From: Hyphomicrobiaceae bacterium
Lineage (GTDB): Bacteria > Pseudomonadota > Alphaproteobacteria > Rhizobiales > Hyphomicrobiaceae
NCBI GenBank assembly: GCA_051010015.1
Contig: JBPCVZ010000098.1
Coordinates: forward strand, 7,587-71,586
Direction: 5' to 3'
DNA length: 64,000 nucleotides
The notes beneath the pieces were generated by a model. That model made no database searches. It saw only the letters and a program-made list of their open reading frames with translations, and was not told the origin of the DNA. The translations under genes and the position numbers were made by a program. Shown piece by piece: positions 37,220 to 45,972 of the stretch. Every line of letters begins with the position of its first letter. Position 1 is the stretch's first letter.

Positions 37220-38248
37220 TTACTTGAGGATCTTCGGTTCGATACCGAAATCCTTGCAGGCCTTGAGGGATGCTGGATGCGGCTCGATGCCCTTCGGCAC
37301 GATGCACATGCTGGCTCGTCGATAAAGCTTGCCGCCGCCGAGGTATTTGCCGGCTGCAGTGTCGATCTCCAGATAGACCTTGGTCAACTCGTAGGCATAA
37401 TCATCTGGAAAGTCCTTGTGCGATGCCATGAAGACATAGTCGCCCATGCACTCAAGCTTTCCCTTCTGTCCGGGAATTTTTCCTTCCGCGATGTTGTGAG
37501 CAACGAACGGTGCATTGAAGTCTTTATTGACCTTTTCGACCGCCGATTTGGGAATTGGTACATGGAAGTAGGGACGTCCCGTCGCCGCCAGTTTTCGCAC
37601 CGGTCCAGCCGGGAAGACGACGGATTGGTCGGTTGTTATGGTTGCGATGCCGACAGCCACTTGCACCTTGCCATCGAGCAGGGCGGATGTGCCAGCATGA
37701 TTGCCGAGGTATTCGAACTTGGCGTCCGTGACACCCATGCCGTTCTCGATCGCCTTGCTCGTGAACAACGCCCAATGGGTCTGTGACCGTCGGCCAAGGC
37801 CGATACGTTTTCCGCTGAAGTCCTTGATGGACTTGATGTTCTTGTCGAGTGTCGTGAACCAAATGCAGTTTGACGAGCGCGTCACGACCCAACGAAAATT
37901 GTCGCGCTTGATCGGCTTTGCGAAGAAACCTTTTTGTGCGGTATCGGCGGCCCAGAGAGCGCCAGTCGATGACCAGAATGTCGTGGTTTTGAAGCGCTTC
38001 TTGTTGTTGGCCATTTCCTTTACGTTGTAGACGAAGCCAGGGCTCTCCTGTGCGACCAGTCGCATCCATGGATGCTTCTTTGCAATCAAGCGTTCAAAGA
38101 TGACGACTTGCTCGGTGATGCCGGCACCAAAGGGGGCAGTCAAAGAAGGCACGCGCACCTCGTCACGCGCTTGGGCCGTGCCGGCGATTGCTGCAGCCAA
38201 AGTGAGAGCTGATGCACTTGTCGCAACTCTGCGAAATCCAATTTTCAT
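37220..38248 (-). CDS. TAXI family TRAP transporter solute-binding subunit
   Basis: Signal peptide MKIGFRRVATSASALTLAAAIAGTAQA. ~340 aa, with the TAXI-like blocks ...ESPGFVYNVKEM... and GKRIGLGRRSQTHW. Confidence 0.85.
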   Translation of the reverse strand: MKIGFRRVATSASALTLAAAIAGTAQARDEVRVPSLTAPFGAGITEQVVIFERLIAKKHPWMRLVAQESPGFVYNVKEMANNKKRFKTTTFWSSTGALWAADTAQKGFFAKPIKRDNFRWVVTRSSNCIWFTTLDKNIKSIKDFSGKRIGLGRRSQTHWALFTSKAIENGMGVTDAKFEYLGNHAGTSALLDGKVQVAVGIATITTDQSVVFPAGPVRKLAATGRPYFHVPIPKSAVEKVNKDFNAPFVAHNIAEGKIPGQKGKLECMGDYVFMASHKDFPDDYAYELTKVYLEIDTAAGKYLGGGKLYRRASMCIVPKGIEPHPASLKACKDFGIEPKILK

Positions 38249-38549
38249 GGCAATGATTTCCTTCCTCGCTAGTGGTCAAGAATTGCTCCGGCTCATTTTG
38301 TCGTCTTTTTGGGAGAAATGTTCCCCTGGCTCGTTGTAGAACGCAAGCCTTCAGGCAGCGGGCACGCCGGCACGATATCAAATCTCTGATCAAGCTTGTG
38401 ATTTAACGGGGTCATGTTGTTTCACGGTTTGCAGCATTTCATTTGACTTGCCCGCGTTCTCGTAAACCGGTGTGAATGCGTGCATCTTGTCAGGCCTGGA
38501 TTTATGGGTGCGGCGGCAGCTGCTGAGGGAATTTGTGAAGGAGAGCATT

Positions 38550-39320
38550 GTGCGAGACATCAAAGGTAAGGTTGCCTGGGTCACAGGTGCCGGCACGGGC
38601 ATTGGCGAGGCAGCCGCGATTGCCCTCGGAAAGGCCGGAATGAAGGTCGCGCTTACCGGACGACGGCAGGCGTTGCTCGAGGATGTTGCCGCGAAAATCG
38701 AAGGGGATGTATTGGTCAAGCCAGCCGACTTGGCGGATTGGCTCGCGGTCGAGCAGGCCGCGCGAGACATAAGCGAGGAATGGGGGCACGTCGATGTTCT
38801 CTTCAACAACGCCGGCGTTAATATTCCTGATCGATCATGGTCTCGGGTTAGCCCGGATGGCATCAAGACACTTATCGACAACAACCTGACCAGCGTCGCC
38901 TATTGCACGCAAGCTGTCCTACCAATCATGCGCGCGCAGGGGGACGGGCAAATAATACACACATCTTCGATGGCCGGACGCATCGTTGCGCCTGTGTCCG
39001 GACCAATCTACACTGCTGCCAAGCATGGCGTCGTCGCGCTCAGTCATACGATCAACCTAGAGGAATGCACAAACGGTATCCGCTCGACCGTAGTTTGCCC
39101 GGGCGCAGTCGCCACACCGATCATGGAACAGCGCGACCCGCCGGAACCGGCCGAGGAATTGGCGAAGATGGTGCAGCCGTCGGATATGGCCGAAGTGATT
39201 GTGTTTCTCGCTTCACAGCCGCCCCATGTATGCATCAACGAAATTCTTGTTACGCCCACTCACAATCGTGGCGCTATCGCCCAGATGGATGCGCAGCGCG
39301 CACGCCAGAAAGGTGTTTGA
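38550..39320 (+). CDS. SDR family oxidoreductase
   Basis: VTGAGTGIGEAAA, NNAGV, and YTAAKHGV catalytic YxxxK. GTG 38550 is preceded by GAAGGAGAG. Confidence 0.85.
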   Translation: MRDIKGKVAWVTGAGTGIGEAAAIALGKAGMKVALTGRRQALLEDVAAKIEGDVLVKPADLADWLAVEQAARDISEEWGHVDVLFNNAGVNIPDRSWSRVSPDGIKTLIDNNLTSVAYCTQAVLPIMRAQGDGQIIHTSSMAGRIVAPVSGPIYTAAKHGVVALSHTINLEECTNGIRSTVVCPGAVATPIMEQRDPPEPAEELAKMVQPSDMAEVIVFLASQPPHVCINEILVTPTHNRGAIAQMDAQRARQKGV

Positions 39321-39326
39321 TGGGTG

Positions 39327-40280
39327 TTAGCGACAGTTCTTCGGGTTGTCGCTTTTTATTGCGCAGACTATGGCGCGCGCACGCCTTGAGCCGTACGTGC
39401 TCTTGATGCGTTCCTCGAAGTAAGACCACTTGTCGCTGGTATCGGCAATCGCCGCCTCAACAGCTCTTGAAAAATTGCCTCGGATTTTGCCACGGCTCGA
39501 CCGTGCAACTTTTGCGCGGCCGGTCCTGATGTCGATCAGGCCCTTATCTTTGTTCAGTACCTTGTGGCGAACACGCAGCTTGTCACCATCGTAGGTACAA
39601 TACCTGTGTTCGGGAATACCTTCGAAACATCCGCTTATCAGGCCATGCGGCATACGTTTGCGCAATCGCGGATCGAGCCACGGTGCCCGTCCCGAGCGGC
39701 CAAGCCCCGGCGGATTGCTTGGACCGACGGATTTGTTTGCCGCCCGGTCTGTCCAGTTTGTGTGTGAGTAAAAGTCCTGCGCCGCATGAAACGCAACACC
39801 AAGCGAATCGAGCACATTGCATTTGGCACGCCCTTTTTTGCCATTGAAGACACATGGCAAGAAAGTTGGAATCTGGCTGTTGTCGATACGGCCATGCTTG
39901 TCTGCCACAGTGCCGGCATAGCGAATGGCATTGTTGAGATGCCTGAAAATCCATTTGCGGCATTGGTTCAACTTCTCGGCGGCAGCCATTTTACTCTGCG
40001 GATAGCCCGGTATGTTTAATGTGTCGCCGCCGTCGCAATGTGCAAACGGTTTGCTGATCAGGCCACGTAGTGGGTTGTCAGGGGCACCGACAGCGCCGAA
40101 AGTGCCGCGCTTTCCCGCCAGCTCGGACAAGGTTTTTGAGCCGAAGCCGAGTGAGCGAAGCGCCGATTTGGTAATTCGTTCATGCTCGGCATGTTGTCCA
40201 AGAGTGTTGATTGTACCAAAGGCAGATACGGGCGATGAAGTAGTAAGGACGATCACAAGCAACGCAAGCTTCTTCAGCAT
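39327..40280 (-). CDS. Secreted cysteine-rich protein, HET-C / zinc-phospholipase-C-like superfamily (tentative)
   Basis: Signal peptide MLKKLALLVIVLTTSSPVSA|FG. GQHAEHERITKSAL near the mature N-terminus and VAFHAAQDFYSHTNW match the HET-C-type signature as I recall it. Eight Cys in the mature part. Trimmed to ATG 40280 because the longer ORF overlaps the thiolase gene. Confidence 0.5.
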   Translation of the reverse strand: MLKKLALLVIVLTTSSPVSAFGTINTLGQHAEHERITKSALRSLGFGSKTLSELAGKRGTFGAVGAPDNPLRGLISKPFAHCDGGDTLNIPGYPQSKMAAAEKLNQCRKWIFRHLNNAIRYAGTVADKHGRIDNSQIPTFLPCVFNGKKGRAKCNVLDSLGVAFHAAQDFYSHTNWTDRAANKSVGPSNPPGLGRSGRAPWLDPRLRKRMPHGLISGCFEGIPEHRYCTYDGDKLRVRHKVLNKDKGLIDIRTGRAKVARSSRGKIRGNFSRAVEAAIADTSDKWSYFEERIKSTYGSRRARAIVCAIKSDNPKNCR

Positions 40281-40356
40281 TTGTTGATCCACCGCAGACC
40301 GTGTTTCGAAGGCAATCGGTCTATCCTGCCATGAGGCGAGACGTTGATTTCCTTTT

Positions 40357-41523
40357 CTAAACGACTTCGATGATGGTGACGTTCGCGACGCCGCCACCTT
40401 CGCACATAGTTTGCAGTCCCCAAGTCTTGCCGCGAGCCCTGAGAGCATTGATGAGAGTTGCCATCAATTTCGTCCCCGTGGCCCCGAGAGGGTGGCCGAG
40501 CGCAATCGCTCCGCCATTGACATTGAGTTTTGTCGGGTCGGCACCCGTCGCTTTCAACCACGCCAGCGGCACGGAGGCGAAGGCCTCGTTGACCTCAAAG
40601 AGATCAATATCATCCAGTCGCATGGCAGCTTTTTTGAGCGCCTGACCGGTCGCCTCGATTGGTTCCTCCAACATGATGACGGGATCGCCTGCAGAGACAT
40701 GCATTTGATGAATTCGTGCGATCGGCGTCAGGTTGTGCGCAATGAGGGCGCGCTCATTGACGACAAGAGCTGCAGACGCACCGTCACATATTTGGCTGGC
40801 GTTGGCTGCCGTGATTCGGCCGCCGTCTTGAATAGGTTTGACACCCTGTATGCCCTCGATTGAGGCGTCTCGGCGCACGCCCTCATCTGTGTCATGAATA
40901 CCGTTGTCGACTTGAACGCCGACGATTTCGTTGGCAAACGCGCCAGCTTCGATGGCTGCGGCCGCTCTCCGGTGACTGGAGAGCGCGAATTCATCCAGCG
41001 CATCTTTGCTCAAACCGTGTTTCTCGGCGATCATCTCTGCGCCTTCAAACTGGCTGAATTGATCGTCGCGCGCGTAGCGCTCCTTGACTCGTCGGCTGAG
41101 CGGACCTTCGCCAATGCCAGCCTTTTGGTGAAGCGTGAAGTTTGACATCATGGGTACGCGAGTCATGCTCTCGGCTCCAGCGGCGATGACAACGTCCTGG
41201 GTACCCGACATCACTGCTTGAGCTGCAAACTGAATTGATTGCTGCGAGGAGCCGCACTGGCGATCGACAGCGACACCGGGCGTCGTTTCCGGTAGGCGAG
41301 AGGCCAGGATGGCATTGCGCGGAAAGGCATAGCACTGTTCGCCAGATTGCATCACACAGCCAAGGATCACGTCCTCGACCGCACCCGGGTCAAGATTGGG
41401 GTTTCTGTCTATCAGCGCATTGAACGTCTCAGCGGCAAGATCGGCCGGATGCCAATCCCTAAGTGCTCCATCACGGCGTCCGCCGGCGGTCCGAACGGCA
41501 TCAACGATATAAGCTTCGGCCAT
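40357..41523 (-). CDS. Thiolase (acetyl-CoA C-acyltransferase) family protein
   Basis: MAEAYIVDAVRTAGGRR..., VDRQCGSSQQSI (nucleophilic Cys), NVNGGAIALGHPLGATG and MCEGGGVANVTIIE. Trimmed to ATG 41523. Confidence 0.9.
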   Translation of the reverse strand: MAEAYIVDAVRTAGGRRDGALRDWHPADLAAETFNALIDRNPNLDPGAVEDVILGCVMQSGEQCYAFPRNAILASRLPETTPGVAVDRQCGSSQQSIQFAAQAVMSGTQDVVIAAGAESMTRVPMMSNFTLHQKAGIGEGPLSRRVKERYARDDQFSQFEGAEMIAEKHGLSKDALDEFALSSHRRAAAAIEAGAFANEIVGVQVDNGIHDTDEGVRRDASIEGIQGVKPIQDGGRITAANASQICDGASAALVVNERALIAHNLTPIARIHQMHVSAGDPVIMLEEPIEATGQALKKAAMRLDDIDLFEVNEAFASVPLAWLKATGADPTKLNVNGGAIALGHPLGATGTKLMATLINALRARGKTWGLQTMCEGGGVANVTIIEVV

Positions 41524-41852
41524 GTGTTCCTCACTTTGATCGGTGGCAAACAGAATGCCAAACTGATTGGCAGGCGAACTCAGTTCGAACCGATTGGGCG
41601 GTGTTCGGAATAACAGCTGCATGCTCAATCGGCAAACGTTCACGCGCAATCCCGAGCGCTATCGTTCTATGGAAGTTTGCCTAGTGCGCGTTGATTCGTG
41701 TCGATTCGACAGTCGTCCATATCGACGCCTCGGCTCCGGCAACCTTGTTGACAAGGCCGCGTTGATCCGCCTCCCGTGCAGAGATGGTCGTGCTGTTCGG
41801 GACGACGGCTCGATGTCTACCATTCTCTTACCAACAGCCATGACCGCTTTGG

Positions 41853-43088
41853 CTACTTCTTTGAGCCAGTCGGAATCTTGTTGAACGCGACATCTTTGTC
41901 GACACGCACGTCCGAAGGCAGACCGAGGACGCGCTCGGCGATAATGTTGCGCATCACTTCATCGGTTCCACCGGCAATCCTGAGTGCAGGTGAGTAAAGC
42001 AAGGCCTCCTCGAAAATGCCCTCGAGCGGCATATCACTGCCCGCGTCAGGTCCGGCCATGCCGAGAAGGTCGAGGCCAAAGGCGGAAATATCCTGCAGTT
42101 TGGGCGCGAGTACGAGCTTGTTGATCGAGGATTCCGGACCCGGCGTATCGCCGCGCGAGAGAGCTGTCATCGTGCGAAAGCGTGTGAACTTCAGTCCTTC
42201 GCCCCGCACATACCACTCTGCAATCCTTTCTTCGATCGCTGGATCGTCTGCGAGCAGGCCGTCGGGTCCGTCGGTCTCCTGTACAAGTCGAAGCAGCTCA
42301 TCAACATCTGGCCCTGGTGTTTCACCAATCGTGAAACGTTCGTTCATCAACGTCGTCAACGAAACTCTCCAGCCATCGCCAACTGCGCCAAGACGCTGAC
42401 TGTCGGGAATGCGTACATTGTCGAAATAGACTTCGTTGAAGTGGCTTGAACCGGACATCTGCTTTATCGGCCTGATGTCGATTCCCGGCGACTTCATATC
42501 GAGGAAGAAGTACGTCAGACCCTTATGCTTTGGCGCATCGAAATCGGATCGCGTGACAAGAACTCCGAAATCCGAGTAGTGCGCACCTGATGTCCAGATC
42601 TTCTGACCGTTGATGATCCAATCGTCGCCGTCACGTTCTGCACGTGTGCGCAGGGCTGCGAGATCCGAGCCACCTGCGGGTTCGGAGAAGAGCTGACACC
42701 AGACCTCGTCGGCCCGCAGTGCCGGTTGGGCGAAGCGTTCGATGTGTTCGGCTGTACCCCAGGTGCAAACCGTCGGCAGGCACATACCAAGTCCGATCTG
42801 GAAAAAGCGCGGGTCGACATCGAACTTCGCTTCCTCCTGCGAGAAGATCACTTGCTCGATTTGCGAGCCGCCGCGACCGCCCCATTCCTGTGGCCATGCA
42901 ATGCCGGCAAATCCGGCTTCGGCTTTCTTGGACTGATAGGCTTTTGCAGCCTCCAGTGCACCCGGCTTATCCTGCCCCCGGCGATAGCCGCGCACTTCAC
43001 CTGCTTCGCGCCGTTTGGCGTTTTCTTCGAGGAAGGCGATTGCCTCGGCGCGGAACTCGGCTTCTTTATCCGTATCACCAAAATCCAT
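41853..43088 (-). CDS. Acyl-CoA dehydrogenase family protein (411 aa)
   Basis: WCQLFSEPAGGSDLAAL, WIINGQKIWTSGA and C-terminal RIAGGTDEVMRNIIAERVLGLP. Start ATG 43088 (MDFGDTDKE...). Confidence 0.9.
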   Translation of the reverse strand: MDFGDTDKEAEFRAEAIAFLEENAKRREAGEVRGYRRGQDKPGALEAAKAYQSKKAEAGFAGIAWPQEWGGRGGSQIEQVIFSQEEAKFDVDPRFFQIGLGMCLPTVCTWGTAEHIERFAQPALRADEVWCQLFSEPAGGSDLAALRTRAERDGDDWIINGQKIWTSGAHYSDFGVLVTRSDFDAPKHKGLTYFFLDMKSPGIDIRPIKQMSGSSHFNEVYFDNVRIPDSQRLGAVGDGWRVSLTTLMNERFTIGETPGPDVDELLRLVQETDGPDGLLADDPAIEERIAEWYVRGEGLKFTRFRTMTALSRGDTPGPESSINKLVLAPKLQDISAFGLDLLGMAGPDAGSDMPLEGIFEEALLYSPALRIAGGTDEVMRNIIAERVLGLPSDVRVDKDVAFNKIPTGSKK

Positions 43089-43105
43089 GGGTCTCGTCTC
43101 CTGCC

Positions 43106-44233
43106 TCAGGCGGCTTGTGTTGGTGCGGTGTTGCGGGCCTTGAGTTCGCGGGTCAGCCGGCGTTTCCATTCGCCTGGACCGCCCAGCGCCAGTCTCAGCA
43201 GGCTCGCACGGCGATAGTTCAGATGGCAGTCACCCTCCCAGGTGTATCCGATGCCGCCATGCGTCTGGATGTTCTCTTTGGCCGCCTGCCAACCGGCATC
43301 GCTTGCAGAAATCCTGGCGACGCTTGCGGCAATCGGCAGTTCGGCAGAGCCGGTCGACAACGCCCAGGCGCCGTAATAGGCATTCGATCGCGCAAGTTCG
43401 ACGGCCACGTAGATGTCAGCGAGCTTGTGCTTGATTGCCTGGAACGATCCGATCGGGCGTCCGAAAGCGTAACGCTCTTTTGCGTAGGCAGTTGCCATAT
43501 TGAGTGCTGCCTGCGCGGCGCCGACCTGCTCGAACGCCATCATGACAGCGGCTCGGTCAATCAGGCGCTGCACGTCCAGCGGACTGCGTGCAGCCTCAAG
43601 CGGTTCTGATTGCGCGCCTTCGAAGCTCAACCGCGCCAACGAACGGCTGGGGTCTATCGTCTGGCTCACATTGACCTGCACATTTGGCTGGTCGAGTTTA
43701 ACGATATGCAACCAAGGTCCTTGATTGTCTGACGGTGCCACAACGATAGCAATGTCGGCGCACTCACCATCAGAGACGGCAACTTTCTTCCCCGTCAGAC
43801 GTCCAGCTCGCGCTCGAGCTGCAAGTAACTCCGGGCGAAAGGCACCGGGGCGTTCGGCAGCGCCGAGAGTCCCGATTGATTTGCCTGATGCCAATGCGGG
43901 AAGGTAAGTGTTCTTCTGTTCACCACTGCCAAACAGCAAGAGCGCTTCAATCGCGGAATAGACCGATGAACTGAACGGAACCGGCGCCAAATGCATTCCG
44001 ATCTCCTCTGCCAGTACGCAGGCAGCAAGGTGTCCGAGGTCGGAGCCACCATAAGCCTCAGGTACCGTGACGCCGATCCAACCCATCTCGGCCATTTCGC
44101 GCCAAAGCTCGGCGTCATGCGATTGATCGCCCTCAAGGACGCGCCGTGGCGCCTCCGGCCCGCACTTGTCGCTCAAAAACCGACTGGCCTGTTCACGCAA
44201 AATCTTCAGTTCTTCGGGAAAATCGAAGTTCAT
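43106..44233 (-). CDS. Acyl-CoA dehydrogenase family protein (375 aa; probable partner subunit)
   Basis: MNFDFPEELKILREQASRFL..., FGRPIGSFQAIKHKLADI and HGGIGYTWEGDCHLNYRRA. It ends only 17 nt before the next ACAD gene. Confidence 0.85.
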   Translation of the reverse strand: MNFDFPEELKILREQASRFLSDKCGPEAPRRVLEGDQSHDAELWREMAEMGWIGVTVPEAYGGSDLGHLAACVLAEEIGMHLAPVPFSSSVYSAIEALLLFGSGEQKNTYLPALASGKSIGTLGAAERPGAFRPELLAARARAGRLTGKKVAVSDGECADIAIVVAPSDNQGPWLHIVKLDQPNVQVNVSQTIDPSRSLARLSFEGAQSEPLEAARSPLDVQRLIDRAAVMMAFEQVGAAQAALNMATAYAKERYAFGRPIGSFQAIKHKLADIYVAVELARSNAYYGAWALSTGSAELPIAASVARISASDAGWQAAKENIQTHGGIGYTWEGDCHLNYRRASLLRLALGGPGEWKRRLTRELKARNTAPTQAA

Positions 44234-44287
44234 TGTCCAAACCTGTTCTTCTGCGGAGCAACTTGCTTGCTCCTCGCATTGCCTGTG

Positions 44288-45835
44288 TCACGCGCGCCGT
44301 TCCTGATTCTTTTCCCAGTAGGCATCACGCAGCTTTCGTTTGTAGAGCTTGCCGTTCTCTTGGCGAGGAAGTTCTGGAACGAAGTCAATCGATTTCGGAC
44401 ATTTCACCGGGCTTAGTTGAGCGCGGCAGTGCGCGATCAGCTCTGCCTCGAACTCAGGGCCGGCAAATGCCATATCCACCGGATGCACGACGGCCTTAAC
44501 TTCTTCGCCAAACTCAGCGTTTGGAACGCCAATGACGGCGGCATCGTAGATCTTGGGGTGCTGGACAAGGACATTCTCGGCTTCTTGCGGATAGATGTTG
44601 ACTCCACCGGAAATGATCATATGCGCCTTGCGGTCTGTTAGGTATAGGTAGCCTTCTTCGTCGAGGTATCCGATGTCACCCAAAGTGCTCCATCCGAGGC
44701 GATTTCGCGAAGCCGCGGTCTTGTCGGGATCATTGTGATATTCGAAAGTTGCGCCACCCTCGAAGAAGATCGTGCCTTCCTGCCCAACCGGTAAGGGGTA
44801 TCCCTCCTCGTCGCAGATGTGCACCTTGCCATGGTTCGGGCGACCGACGGAGCCCGGATGGGCAAGCCACTCTTCGCTCGTAATAGATGTATGCCCGTTG
44901 CCCTCGGAACCGGCGTAGTATTCTTTCAGGATTGGTCCCCACCAGTCGATCATTTGATGCTTGATTTCGACCGGACAAGGCGCCGCTGCATGAATGGCAC
45001 AGCGGTGAGTTGTGAGGTCGTAGCGTGTGCGTATGCCCTCACTGAGCCTTAACATCCTGACAAAGTGCGTCGGCACCCACTGGCTATGCGTGATCCCCTG
45101 CTGCTCAATGTGGGTCAGCGCCTGCTCAGCATCAAATTTGCGCATAATGATCGTCGTGCCCCCGACACGTAGCGTACGCAGGTTGAAGCCTAGCGGAGCA
45201 GCATGATAGAGCGGTGCGGGCGAAAGATATCGGGTCGTTGCATCGATGCCGTATAGTTCGACGCTTCTGCGATAGGTTGGAGAGAGCGTGCCGAACGGTG
45301 CCTCTGGCAACTGTTTCCTGATGCCCTTTGGCCGCCCCGTAGTGCCCGATGAGTAGAGCATTTCAATGCCCTCTGACTGATCGCCAATTGGCACCAAGGG
45401 CTGTCCTTCGAGAAGCTGTTGAAGATGGCTAAAGCCTGATTGAGATGCGTCGAGCATCAAACGGCGTTCGACAGCTATTCCATCAAGCGCAAGTCGACCC
45501 GTTTTTTCAGCAAAGCCCACAGAGGTCACAAGTACTTTTGCGCCGCTGTCTGACAGTATGTAGTCGATTTCCTCGGGCGTGAGATGCGTTGCGATGGCCG
45601 TAACCCGAAGTCCAGCGCGCATGCCTCCCCAAACGAGGGGCAAGTATTCCGATCGATTTTCGAGCAGAACAGCAAGACCGTCACCTCGCTGGATGCGCGA
45701 CGCTCGAAGCAAATTGGCAAAGCGATTCGAAGTTTCCTCGAATTGGCGGAAAGTGACCGTCTCGCCATTGTCAGCCATGATGACCGCCGGCTTATCGGGT
45801 TGCAAGTCCGCCATCATGCCAGGGTGCTCAATCAA
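44288..45835 (-). CDS. AMP-dependent acyl-CoA synthetase/ligase (ANL superfamily)
   Basis: LYSSGTTGRPKGI AMP-binding motif, GDIGYLDEEGYLYLTDRK, and GKLYKRKLRD at the C-terminus. TTG 45835 or a downstream ATG as start. Confidence 0.9.
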   Translation of the reverse strand: MIEHPGMMADLQPDKPAVIMADNGETVTFRQFEETSNRFANLLRASRIQRGDGLAVLLENRSEYLPLVWGGMRAGLRVTAIATHLTPEEIDYILSDSGAKVLVTSVGFAEKTGRLALDGIAVERRLMLDASQSGFSHLQQLLEGQPLVPIGDQSEGIEMLYSSGTTGRPKGIRKQLPEAPFGTLSPTYRRSVELYGIDATTRYLSPAPLYHAAPLGFNLRTLRVGGTTIIMRKFDAEQALTHIEQQGITHSQWVPTHFVRMLRLSEGIRTRYDLTTHRCAIHAAAPCPVEIKHQMIDWWGPILKEYYAGSEGNGHTSITSEEWLAHPGSVGRPNHGKVHICDEEGYPLPVGQEGTIFFEGGATFEYHNDPDKTAASRNRLGWSTLGDIGYLDEEGYLYLTDRKAHMIISGGVNIYPQEAENVLVQHPKIYDAAVIGVPNAEFGEEVKAVVHPVDMAFAGPEFEAELIAHCRAQLSPVKCPKSIDFVPELPRQENGKLYKRKLRDAYWEKNQERRA

Positions 45836-45874
45836 GGGGCCGGCTCCGTCTGTTTTGCGATGTCACACAGTTGC

Positions 45875-45900
45875 GCATGTTTGTTGAAGCGCAAACATGC
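45875..45900. promoter_or_regulatory. Perfect 9-bp inverted repeat GCATGTTTG-N8-CAAACATGC in the crotonase/ligase intercistronic gap
   Basis: Read directly from the sequence. It lies 40-65 nt upstream of the ligase start. No U-tract follows on the minus strand, so it looks more like an operator or RNA hairpin than a terminator. Confidence 0.3.
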
Positions 45901-45972
45901 TGGCTTCATCTATCGCGCTCGAGATCATGTGGCGGCGATGATCTGCGTTCGTCGATTTCGTGCAGTCGTTGG

